From a virus, in IMG/VR virus record IMGVR_UViG_3300010885_020282, positions 10,676 to 74,675 of that record: a DNA stretch of 64,000 nt; one strand, given 5' to 3'. The notes under the pieces were generated by a model. It was given only the letters and a program-made list of their open reading frames with translations, had not been told where the DNA came from and did not search any database. The first letter of the stretch is position 1. Each line of letters opens with the position of its first letter. Positions 49,770 through 58,932 of this stretch are shown here, piece after piece. A program made the position numbers and the translations under genes.

Positions 49770-50980
49770 ATATTCCACACGATCAATTCTGCGTACTGCC
49801 CTGGGTTAGTCTAGAAGCCTCGCCTATTGGTACTGTGCGTCCGTGTTGTCTAGCCGACGATGAGATTGTAGATGACACAGGCAATAAATTTGTATTAGCC
49901 ACAGCTGACTTCTCTAACATACAAAACAGCAGTCACATGCGCCAATTGCGTGAACAGTTTTTGCGTGGAGAAAAACCACAGACTTGCCGCAAGTGTTGGA
50001 ATGAAGAAAGTGCAGGGCGCACTAGCAAACGTATGCACACCCTAGATCGACTCAAGCACATGTTGCCAGATCAAGACTGGACTGTAGATGCCAAGCCACT
50101 AATGTTTTTGGATTTGAAACTGGGCAACATCTGCAACTTGAAATGTCGCATTTGTGGATCTTGGTCCAGCTCACAATTTGCCGCAGAGGAAATCAGTTTT
50201 ACTCGCCCCGAGCAACGCAAGCAAAGTCATGCATATCAAATGTTAAGAGCCGGTGCCTGGCCACAAGACAACACACAGTTTTGGAATCAAATTGATGAAT
50301 CATTAAATGACATACGCTATATTGAATTCACTGGTGGTGAGCCATTCATGATTCGTGAACACTTTGTGATGTTACAAGGCATTGTAGACCGTGGCATTGC
50401 AGGCAACGTAGAAATACATTACAACACAAATGGTACAATTTATCCTGAAGAAGCTGAAGAGATCTGGAAGCATTTCAAAACAGTAGAAATTGCATTCAGT
50501 ATTGACGACCTAGGAGATCGATTTGAATACCAACGTACTAATGCCAAATGGCCCGAAGTGCAAGAAAACATCGAAAAGTTTTTTAAACTAAAAAGATACC
50601 TACCAAGTATTATACAATTACAAGTGTGTACGACTGTGAATATTTTCAACGTTCGATACATAGATCAAGTAGCGCAATGGTTAGATGGCAGACCTTTTAA
50701 TTTTGTATACTGGAACATGATGCATGATGCTTGGTATTTCAGTATTGCCAACTTACCCGGTCCAGCCAAACAAGCAATCCAAGAGCATTTGAATTCAGCT
50801 GACATACCCCAAAAATATCAAGCAGAATTTCAACGCATTATAGAATTCATGACTCGAGGCCCAGACAGCAGTGGAGAAGTCTTACTGAGAGAAATTGCCA
50901 ATCTAGACCGGCGCCGAGAACAAAATCTCAACATAGCCATGCCTGAACTGGCTAAAATGTTGAACTACGTTGGACCATGA
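49766..50980 (+). CDS. radical SAM protein with N-terminal twitch domain
   Basis: ATG 49766 overlaps upstream TGA; CVLPW...PCC...CRKCW; CNLKCRIC; TGGEP; YNTNG; SID. Confidence 0.85.
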   Translation: MNIPHDQFCVLPWVSLEASPIGTVRPCCLADDEIVDDTGNKFVLATADFSNIQNSSHMRQLREQFLRGEKPQTCRKCWNEESAGRTSKRMHTLDRLKHMLPDQDWTVDAKPLMFLDLKLGNICNLKCRICGSWSSSQFAAEEISFTRPEQRKQSHAYQMLRAGAWPQDNTQFWNQIDESLNDIRYIEFTGGEPFMIREHFVMLQGIVDRGIAGNVEIHYNTNGTIYPEEAEEIWKHFKTVEIAFSIDDLGDRFEYQRTNAKWPEVQENIEKFFKLKRYLPSIIQLQVCTTVNIFNVRYIDQVAQWLDGRPFNFVYWNMMHDAWYFSIANLPGPAKQAIQEHLNSADIPQKYQAEFQRIIEFMTRGPDSSGEVLLREIANLDRRREQNLNIAMPELAKMLNYVGP

Positions 50981-52266
50981 CCGCTCCCAAAACACTATGC
51001 CTAGCGCCTTGGACGCATACATATCTATCGCCTCAAACCGAGCGCAGGATGTGTTGTGCATCTAGAGAGCCTGCACAAAGTTTTCGACAATACATAGATA
51101 CTAGTGCAGGTACCGGCGAATATCAACCAGTTAGTCTAGAACAGCACTGGAATAGTGATCACATGCGTGATGTACGACAGCGCATGATAGCTGGCGAAAC
51201 TCTGCCAGAATGTGATGTATGCAATAGCAAACTGTTGAATACTGCTGTGTACAGAGACTATTTCAACCAGTTGTTTGCACACAAACTAGACGAAGTTTAT
51301 ACATCTACAGATGCAACAGGTGCAACTACAATGAAACCTGTGAGTTGGGACTATCGGTTTAGCAATCTCTGCAACTTCAAGTGTCGCATGTGCGGTGACA
51401 TGTTGTCAAGCTCTTGGGAAACTGAACAACGACAGCATGGCATGGTAGACCTTGACAATCCCAAAAACAACTGGATGATTCCTGAAGTTCGCAAAACTAT
51501 TAGCCAATTTCAAGACACTCAGATTGAACAAGAATTCTCAGATGCTGTGGAACAACATCGTGTTGAGGAAGTGTACTGGGTAGGTGGTGAGCCATTGATG
51601 TACGAACAACATTGGCGTTACATGAGACGCATAGTTGAACTAGGTGACGGGCCTCGGGTGTATGCAAGATACAATACCAATCTTTCTAGAGTTGATTATC
51701 GTGGCGTTAATCTATATCGAGATATTCTGGCTAATGTTCGCGATTGGCAGATTTGTGCCAGTCTTGACGGAACAGGGGTAATAGGAGAATACATCAGAAC
51801 CGGACTTGACTATGACGAATTTTGTAGTAACTTTGAACAAGGTCTAACCTATCAACGTAGCCGGAGACAAATGCGCCTAGACTTTACACTCACACTGCCA
51901 GGCATGTTTGAAGTTGGCGCCATACAGCAACTGGCAACTCGGTATGATGTAGACATTTTGGCCAAAGTAGTGTTCTCTTTTAGTCCAGACATTGTCATGA
52001 GTCCATTAGCGTTACCACGTGAGTTATTGGAGCCCTGGATTGACGAGCTGGTGTCTTGTAGCACTGGCGCTGTTCAAGATGTGCTAACACAACTAAAACT
52101 ACGACCCACATTTGCAGAACAATGGCCAGATCAATATCAAGCAGGGCTTGCAAAAGGCAAAGCTCGTGTGTTAAAATTAGAAAGCATACGCACAGCCTCT
52201 ACTTCAATGGCTGAAATATTGAGCCAAAGGCCGGCAATAAAGAAATGGTGGGATCAAATTGATTGA
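50977..52266 (+). CDS. radical SAM protein with N-terminal twitch domain
   Basis: CLAPW...MCC...CDVC; CNFKCRMC; VGGEP; YNTN; SLDG. Confidence 0.85.
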   Translation: MTAPKTLCLAPWTHTYLSPQTERRMCCASREPAQSFRQYIDTSAGTGEYQPVSLEQHWNSDHMRDVRQRMIAGETLPECDVCNSKLLNTAVYRDYFNQLFAHKLDEVYTSTDATGATTMKPVSWDYRFSNLCNFKCRMCGDMLSSSWETEQRQHGMVDLDNPKNNWMIPEVRKTISQFQDTQIEQEFSDAVEQHRVEEVYWVGGEPLMYEQHWRYMRRIVELGDGPRVYARYNTNLSRVDYRGVNLYRDILANVRDWQICASLDGTGVIGEYIRTGLDYDEFCSNFEQGLTYQRSRRQMRLDFTLTLPGMFEVGAIQQLATRYDVDILAKVVFSFSPDIVMSPLALPRELLEPWIDELVSCSTGAVQDVLTQLKLRPTFAEQWPDQYQAGLAKGKARVLKLESIRTASTSMAEILSQRPAIKKWWDQID

Positions 52267-53290
52267 AATAGATTTACGCAGTGAACAAGGTCACCTGCAC
52301 ACAGTGTACGTCAACGTACATGACAACAGTCTAAGTCAAAAGTGGTTGGCTGCATTGAATCACCTAATCGAGCACAACTACCATCTAGAAAAAAATTACT
52401 GCTGGTTTGGCTTTCCTGGTAATTCTAGAAATCCCGAATACTTGTGTACGCAGATAAACCGCAGTATCAAGGCAATCAATGCCGCAGGACTAGGTTATAC
52501 TATCAATGATTGGTTTAGTCCTGCCAATACAATAGCTTCAGATGATGGAATTGATCATGCACACATGAATGACTTGCACAGATACTTTGAAGACCTGCAA
52601 GGAGTAAGTGGTGCACTGAGTCCCTATTACCAGGCAGCTGATGCTGAAACACGCTGGCACATACGACAGTTGAACTTGTTGTGTCATGAGCATGAAAGTT
52701 TGATACTAAGCATACGCAAAGCAAACACAGCCCCAGATTGGCAACGACCCAGCCAACTCATGTGTTGGTTAAATGCTCCACGGTTTGCACTAGATGCTGA
52801 GGATTATGAATTGTTTGGTGTAGACACAATCAGTCGTGATCTTGGAGGGGTTTATCTGGGTGTAAACAAAGCTGTGGGTAAACACCATTGGGAAGTGTTC
52901 AACGATGAAGGCCGGGACAGTCGCATTGCAGAACTAACTACCAGCACACTTAAATCGCAAACAGAAGCAGCCGGGGATTTTGATATAGAGTGGGGACAAA
53001 GTCCTGCAGGGCACGACTGGCAAGAATCTAAACTGACAGACTTTCGCACTTGGCTAACAGCAAACGGGTTTGATCCCAAGGACCCAAGGCTAACAATTGG
53101 GCACCCGCAAGTGGCACAAGTTGATTTGGATCGTAGTTTTGGTACAAACAATCATCGCGACATATGGAACTGCTTAAATACACACCTAGACGTGGCAGCT
53201 ATACGCACAGAAACTGCCAGTGCTGAATACAATTATCGCTGGAGCGATGCAGATTTTGTTCAGCGTCAGATTGACATCATCAAAGGATAA
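52259..53290 (+). CDS. hypothetical protein
   Basis: 343-aa ORF filling the gap in a coupled operon; His-containing motifs (NDLHRYFE, LNLLCHEHE) suggest metal binding. Confidence 0.65.
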   Translation: MIEIDLRSEQGHLHTVYVNVHDNSLSQKWLAALNHLIEHNYHLEKNYCWFGFPGNSRNPEYLCTQINRSIKAINAAGLGYTINDWFSPANTIASDDGIDHAHMNDLHRYFEDLQGVSGALSPYYQAADAETRWHIRQLNLLCHEHESLILSIRKANTAPDWQRPSQLMCWLNAPRFALDAEDYELFGVDTISRDLGGVYLGVNKAVGKHHWEVFNDEGRDSRIAELTTSTLKSQTEAAGDFDIEWGQSPAGHDWQESKLTDFRTWLTANGFDPKDPRLTIGHPQVAQVDLDRSFGTNNHRDIWNCLNTHLDVAAIRTETASAEYNYRWSDADFVQRQIDIIKG

Positions 53291-53294
53291 CACC

Positions 53295-53396
53295 ATGCAA
53301 TGGATACGCAATTTAATCAATCGGATCAAGTTGGAAATTCGATACAGAAAAAAATTAAAAGAACTTCGTAAACGAGACCCATTTATCTACAAATGA
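53295..53396 (+). CDS. 33-aa basic peptide coupled to carbamoyltransferase (not in ORF track)
   Basis: MQWIRNLINRIKLEIRYRKKLKELRKRDPFIYK*; AAGGA upstream; stop overlaps carbamoyltransferase ATG (ATGA); fills the gap exactly. Confidence 0.7.
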   Translation: MQWIRNLINRIKLEIRYRKKLKELRKRDPFIYK

Positions 53397-54880
53397 ATAT
53401 ACTAGGTATTAGTGCTGGCTTCCACGATGCCGGGGCAACTGTGATCAATCCACAAGGTGACATCTTGTTTGCCGGGCATAGTGAACGCTACAGTAAAAAG
53501 AAAAACGATGCTAATTTTTGCAATGAATTAATTCAAGACATTGCCGAGTACAATCCCATTGACACTGTGGCATATTATGAACGCCCGATATACAAGCAAT
53601 TACGACAATGGTATGCTGGACAAGGCATTGAGTGGAACAAGCTGTCGGTGCGTAGTATAGTACACAATCAAATTGGGCATGCATACTGGCAAGATTTAAC
53701 TAGATATAAAAATTACAATCATCACCTGAGTCATGCGGCTGCAGGATTTCAAACAAGTCCATATGATCGTGCCACAGTAGTAGTGCTTGATGCCATAGGC
53801 GAATTTGAAACAATCTCAATCTGGGGAGCAGAATATGATCAACAAGGTAAAGCAACTTATAAAAGACTTTGGACACAAGGTTACCCACATTCAATTGGAC
53901 TCTTCTACTCTGCAATTACTAGCCGCGTTGGCCTACACCCACTAGACGAAGAATATATCACAATGGGCATGGCAGCTTGGGGACAACCCAGTTGGTATTC
54001 TGCAATGGCCAGCCAAGTAATAGAAGATTTTGAGAAAATCACATTTAAAAATAATCTGCACACTGGGTTTAACTCAACATTCCTTGAGTCAGCTACAAAT
54101 GAGGATATTGCATGTGCGGCACAACTCATAACAGAAGACCTTATCAAGAATGTCATGCACCGAGCAAGGTCTCTTGACTGGAGCAACAACCTTGTGTACA
54201 TGGGCGGGGTGGCACTTAATTGTTTAGCAAATCGACACCTAGGAGAATTTTTTGAAAAAATTTGGATTATGCCTTGTCCTGGCGATGCTGGTAGTAGTCT
54301 TGGTGCCGCCGCTCTTGCCCACGGTGGCCGTTTACATTGGAGCACTGCTTTTTTGGGCCGCAACATTGCTGGTGATTATCCTGTCCATGATGCAATGGTG
54401 CATTTATTGGATACTGGAATTGTTGGGGTTGCTAGTGGACGTGCCGAGTTCGGACCCCGTGCACTGGGTAACCGCAGTCTACTCGCTGACCCGCGTGGCG
54501 TAGACATCAAAGATCGCGTGAATGAAATCAAACGTAGACAAAAATTCAGACCTTTTGCTCCGGTTATTCTGGAGGAACATGTTGATAATTATTTTGATAT
54601 GCCCCATGGCTTTGGTACTAGTAGGTACATGCAATCAATCGCTCGTTGCCGGCATCCAGATCTATTTCCTGCTGTGTGTCATGTTGACAATACTAGCAGG
54701 GTGCAAACTGTACCCAAGGACGGATCAGGGATACGAAGATTACTAGAAACATGGCATGCTGAAACTGGTTGTCCCATGTTGTTAAATACTAGCTTAAACA
54801 TTAGAGGTGAGCCTATGGTAAACAATCGTGCTGATGCGGATAGATTTGAAAAACTATATGGTGTAACAGTAGTATCATGA
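53393..54880 (+). CDS. carbamoyltransferase (NodU/CmcH/TobZ family)
   Basis: ILGI...HD, ERY...K, HHLSHAA, LDAIGE, GGVALNC, GDAGSSLGAA, EFGPRALGNRS, FRPFAP, HVD..SRVQTV, LLNTSLN..GEP. Confidence 0.93.
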   Translation: MNILGISAGFHDAGATVINPQGDILFAGHSERYSKKKNDANFCNELIQDIAEYNPIDTVAYYERPIYKQLRQWYAGQGIEWNKLSVRSIVHNQIGHAYWQDLTRYKNYNHHLSHAAAGFQTSPYDRATVVVLDAIGEFETISIWGAEYDQQGKATYKRLWTQGYPHSIGLFYSAITSRVGLHPLDEEYITMGMAAWGQPSWYSAMASQVIEDFEKITFKNNLHTGFNSTFLESATNEDIACAAQLITEDLIKNVMHRARSLDWSNNLVYMGGVALNCLANRHLGEFFEKIWIMPCPGDAGSSLGAAALAHGGRLHWSTAFLGRNIAGDYPVHDAMVHLLDTGIVGVASGRAEFGPRALGNRSLLADPRGVDIKDRVNEIKRRQKFRPFAPVILEEHVDNYFDMPHGFGTSRYMQSIARCRHPDLFPAVCHVDNTSRVQTVPKDGSGIRRLLETWHAETGCPMLLNTSLNIRGEPMVNNRADADRFEKLYGVTVVS

Positions 54881-55629
54881 AACAATGGATTGTTTCACTT
54901 ACGGCCTTGCTTGCGCTTTCGTCTAACGCATCTCCAGCTACACTGGTGTACGATTTGTCAGACAGCCGGATTGTAAGTCAGCAAGGTGACAATGCACAAC
55001 GTCCTATTGCTAGCCTGAGCAAAATAATGACTGCAATGGTTGTTTTGGATAGTACAGTATCACTTGGCGAAACATTTGCAATTGATAACAAACGCACGGC
55101 TACACATTTACCACAGCGTGAATATTCAAGACTTGAGTTGTTGCATGCCATGTTGGTCAAGAGTGACAATGCCGCTGCCGAAACACTAGCTGAACATCAT
55201 CCAGGTGGCCGAAGTGTTTTTATGCTGGCAATGAATTCAAAAGCCGCAGAACTTGGTTTGTCAAATACACAATTTAATGATCCGTCGGGCTTGAGTGTGT
55301 TTAATGTAAGCACGCCTCAAGAAGTTGGGGCAATGTTCAAAGCCGCCAACCAATACGAGCTTATACGTAGTATCAGCACAATGAAAGAACTACAGCTACC
55401 GGCGCAAAAAAAGAAACTGGCAGTCAGCTTTGTTAATACCAATTACACGGTATTGACGCAGTTTAAAGATGTTGTAGTAAGCAAAACAGGCTTTACAAAC
55501 CCAGCTGGGTTTTGCATGGGCTTGATACTAAATCGCCAAGGCCACGAGTTTATAGTAATAGTGCTGGGCGAGAAAAACAAAAATCAACGTACTGCCACAG
55601 TAACACGCTTGATGCAAAATTTATCTTAA
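54877..55629 (+). CDS. D-alanyl-D-alanine carboxy/endopeptidase (peptidase S11, PBP7/PbpG-like), secreted
   Basis: Signal peptide; SxxK (ASLSK), SxN (SDN), F.DPSGL, KTG (KTGFT..AG.C). Confidence 0.9.
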   Translation: MKQWIVSLTALLALSSNASPATLVYDLSDSRIVSQQGDNAQRPIASLSKIMTAMVVLDSTVSLGETFAIDNKRTATHLPQREYSRLELLHAMLVKSDNAAAETLAEHHPGGRSVFMLAMNSKAAELGLSNTQFNDPSGLSVFNVSTPQEVGAMFKAANQYELIRSISTMKELQLPAQKKKLAVSFVNTNYTVLTQFKDVVVSKTGFTNPAGFCMGLILNRQGHEFIVIVLGEKNKNQRTATVTRLMQNLS

Positions 55630-56666
55630 AGATAAGTCTCTAACGGTCCGCGACGTCGGATATCTTGTGTACAGCAACTGATACCACCATCAAAGAAATA
55701 CTTGTGACGTAGCTCACATATGATGGGTTCAATATGGTGCTTCTTGCAAAAGTCAAAAACTTCTTTGTTGTAGCTTGAGAAGATCACGTGTGATTCATCT
55801 AGTACCAGGCAGTTGACATCAAATACAGTTTCTTTTACAAAGCCAGTCCACTTGTTAAGGTAAGTGTCAACAAACTTTGCAAAATCATCTGTTGGGTTTA
55901 CTCCGGGCACATACCAGCGATCGTTGAAGTTTTCGTATTTGAACTTGCCTACTTCCATAGCAGCCATAATACTAGCATCTCGTATGCGGCATAGTTCCCA
56001 CCCAGGAAAACTTTCGTTATAGTCAATATCCCCATCGTGCATGCTGGATAAAATAACACCAGGTTTTAGAATAGCAAACACACTATCACCATGCCCATTG
56101 GTTTGTGCACGGTGCACTCGATATCGAGAATCTAGCACATTGTCCTTTATCCAATTCATTTGACCGGTGGTCAACCAGTCGCTGTTGTCGAAAAACACAT
56201 CAGTACCCACACGTACAATGCAACTAGCAACAGCATCAACCATGACATGGTCAGGATTGTATCCATTGCCGTGTGGATCAACTACGCACCCAGGTTGTTG
56301 ACGTTCATATTCGTTACAAATGTCATCGGTTTCTTTAACATTGATTATTCTTAATAGTTTCTCTCCCATGGTAATTTGCCAATCTCGGGGAGTTAGCGGT
56401 GGGAGGCCAATGCTTACTTCGTGAATTTGTAGTTTATGAAACCAATCAACATCTGGCAAGTCTGGACGACGCACAACAGCACCGTACTGCTCAATTGTGC
56501 GTTGTAGGTTGTCAAGGTCTTCGTTGGTTTCGTCCAACAACTGAGCCATTTGACGTTTTACATTTTCATCTTTGATAAAATCAAAATGTTTAGGTGTGTG
56601 CACACGCCCTACTATAACCTCTTCTAGCGGTTGCCAACTGGTATAACTTTGTACTACTGTAGACAT
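55626..56666 (-). CDS. amidinotransferase (glycine / inosamine-phosphate amidinotransferase-like, pentein fold)
   Basis: SW.PLEEVIVGR, V.RP, PRD, GHGD, D.N.L, GG..CCT.D.RR motifs. Confidence 0.85.
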   Translation of the reverse strand: MSTVVQSYTSWQPLEEVIVGRVHTPKHFDFIKDENVKRQMAQLLDETNEDLDNLQRTIEQYGAVVRRPDLPDVDWFHKLQIHEVSIGLPPLTPRDWQITMGEKLLRIINVKETDDICNEYERQQPGCVVDPHGNGYNPDHVMVDAVASCIVRVGTDVFFDNSDWLTTGQMNWIKDNVLDSRYRVHRAQTNGHGDSVFAILKPGVILSSMHDGDIDYNESFPGWELCRIRDASIMAAMEVGKFKYENFNDRWYVPGVNPTDDFAKFVDTYLNKWTGFVKETVFDVNCLVLDESHVIFSSYNKEVFDFCKKHHIEPIICELRHKYFFDGGISCCTQDIRRRGPLETYL

Positions 56667-57823
56667 TCTAATTCCTTTAATAATCTATTTACTGGTTCAT
56701 GAGTACGTTGCGCAAATATTTCTTGATTATACACAATGTCATGTGCACATGCTTCGTACCATCCTGGGTTGCATTTTAGTTCGGTTAATACATCAGCAAT
56801 AGCCAACCACCGATCTGTATTGTTTTGGATTGTGTCGTACATGGGGTTGATCACATGATCAAATGTTCGGTAACCCATGTCGCGCAGAGCCTGCAAGCTT
56901 CCTGGACCTCCGGCTATAACAAATGGTTGACCGTATTTGATAGCTTTAAATGTTTTTTCAGTCAGGAATGCCCCACCAGATTGGTCAACATCAAACAGTG
57001 TTTCTAACACAACATGACATCTAGATTGTGTGTACAGATCAGTATTCACAACATGATGATCATTGTGCTGTATGCTAGTTAAGTTATCACAATAGTGTGG
57101 GGATGCATTGGCAAATGATTGTGTGCGATCCCTCCACCCAACTAACCTATCCAATTCAATAGGATTATCTTGCTCAAGGTCGATACTGTCAGTTTTGGCT
57201 GTGTTATAACTCCAGGTGCTGTTATCTAGTAATCCTCGGTGTTGCAAGTCGCTCATGATACTGGCTCTCCACCACTTGTGCAATCTGTTTAGCGCGGTAA
57301 AATCTTGTGTGGGGTTAGTGGGCACTGCTGTTTGGTGTCGGTTAACAAATCTAAAAAAGAACTCGTGATCAGGAAAGTAACTAAAGTTTTCCAGTTGTGA
57401 CGCTGTGGTATTTGCACTTACAAAATGGTAACAATCAGGCGGAAAGTTATGCAATACCACTAATTCATCTAATCTTGTTTTGATACGTGCAGGATTGTCG
57501 CCTTCGTGATAGTAGAACAACACCTTGACATCACCATCTAATATTTCATGCTTTACTAGATCGCTTAGTAGGTCAAAATAATCAATGCCAAAATCAAACC
57601 AGCCTAGGCCTATAGGATACCACGACCTAGACCCAACAGCATTGATAACACGCATGATGTTGTAGTTTTTGGTATACATTAATAATCTCAATGGAACAAC
57701 TCTAGGATAGTGTGCGTCAAATTGTCTCCATGCAGGAGTGAATGGCTGTGCAGGATGCTGTGCCAAGTTTGGATATCCCACGTTACTGTCGTGAAATACT
57801 CTATTGTACGAAAAAGTAATCAA
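56654..57823 (-). CDS. putative glycosyltransferase (TEK family)
   Basis: YHEGD, F.ALNR...WR, VVLET...FLTEKTFKAI...PF...GYRTF. Confidence 0.55.
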   Translation of the reverse strand: MITFSYNRVFHDSNVGYPNLAQHPAQPFTPAWRQFDAHYPRVVPLRLLMYTKNYNIMRVINAVGSRSWYPIGLGWFDFGIDYFDLLSDLVKHEILDGDVKVLFYYHEGDNPARIKTRLDELVVLHNFPPDCYHFVSANTTASQLENFSYFPDHEFFFRFVNRHQTAVPTNPTQDFTALNRLHKWWRASIMSDLQHRGLLDNSTWSYNTAKTDSIDLEQDNPIELDRLVGWRDRTQSFANASPHYCDNLTSIQHNDHHVVNTDLYTQSRCHVVLETLFDVDQSGGAFLTEKTFKAIKYGQPFVIAGGPGSLQALRDMGYRTFDHVINPMYDTIQNNTDRWLAIADVLTELKCNPGWYEACAHDIVYNQEIFAQRTHEPVNRLLKELECLQ

Positions 57824-58932
57824 GTGTTAAAGTCCCGTTGGATAGCATCAAGCATTGCGGTTAATTCTTGCCACAATATTTTTTCAAAACCACCATTGTA
57901 AAAATGATTCCAGTTGTGTGCAACTACATCGTGTGTGCGGTGAAAAAGATTGTTTTTAGACTCAGTATCAAGATTGTTGAGTTTTTTGAGTACATGTGCA
58001 ATTTTTTCAATACGCTTTTCGTCATCAACTTCATCATCGTAACTTTCGTCCCAGAAGTCTCCAAACGTTTGGAATCCGTAACTACGAAGATATTTTAAAC
58101 TACCGCATGTGCCCACAATCACAAAAGGTATTCCATGTGCAATTGGTTTAAATGTCTTTTCAGTTAAATGTAATCGACTCCCCGTGGCCACAGTTTCAGT
58201 TACAAGATACAACAAGCTATCCTCAACTTGTTCAAACAAACTCAACCAGCAACTGTGCATGGGATGATCAGTCTCACCGGGGAAGTCTCGTGGTAGTTGC
58301 TGTGCCGCAAATACATCTGCAATATCGGGGTAAGTGTCTTTTAAAGATTTCACAGCATCGTGCACGGAAATGTTTTCTGCAGGACAAACCTCAGGGCATG
58401 ATATCCAGTTGTTGGTCATGCTGTGTTTAAAAATATAATACAACATTGCAAGTCGGTGTTGCCGTTTACCAGCCACAATGCGATTTGGTGCAATAAATGT
58501 TTGCGTTACTGTGCGCTGTGCGGGATCTGTAATCAGGAATGTTTTATCATACCCACGATACCAATCCAAACTTGCCCAGCCATGGAAAAAGTAATAATAC
58601 GGTGTCCATCCATAATGGCTACATACTTGTTCAACGTATTCACTATCGAGCTCGCTGGTTATTATGGCTTTGTGGGTTGCCCCAGTTTTGTTGTTTAAAT
58701 CAAGATTGCGTACAACAATCTCGTCAAACAATGGTTGGTGTATGTCCAGATGAATTGGCTCTTGATCGTGTAAAAATATATAATTAGACTCTTCCTTATC
58801 TTCACCATGGTTAAACAAAGCATCAACATCAGTACGTCCCGGAGGATCACAAAAAAACATCCGAGTCAGCGGAATGCGTGTGTGTATAAACGGCCAAATG
58901 GTATTGTTGTAAATTTCATCTATTCTAATCAT
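57820..58932 (-). CDS. putative glycosyltransferase (TEK family)
   Basis: HDQEP, PNR....R.HR, LVTET...HLTEKTFKPI...PF...GFQTF..FWDESYD. Confidence 0.55.
   Translation of the reverse strand: MIRIDEIYNNTIWPFIHTRIPLTRMFFCDPPGRTDVDALFNHGEDKEESNYIFLHDQEPIHLDIHQPLFDEIVVRNLDLNNKTGATHKAIITSELDSEYVEQVCSHYGWTPYYYFFHGWASLDWYRGYDKTFLITDPAQRTVTQTFIAPNRIVAGKRQHRLAMLYYIFKHSMTNNWISCPEVCPAENISVHDAVKSLKDTYPDIADVFAAQQLPRDFPGETDHPMHSCWLSLFEQVEDSLLYLVTETVATGSRLHLTEKTFKPIAHGIPFVIVGTCGSLKYLRSYGFQTFGDFWDESYDDEVDDEKRIEKIAHVLKKLNNLDTESKNNLFHRTHDVVAHNWNHFYNGGFEKILWQELTAMLDAIQRDFNT

Noticed and set aside
44227-53396. RiPP cluster with the 33-aa peptide as radical SAM precursor
   Set aside because: Peptide lacks a leader/core layout, no RRE/PqqD domain, protease or transporter; context is glycosyltransferase-rich
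53295-56666. Saxitoxin- or aminoglycoside-biosynthesis cluster
   Set aside because: Only shared enzyme families (carbamoyl-, amidinotransferase, radical SAM); no PKS-like SxtA, cyclitol synthase, aminotransferase or exporter in the window
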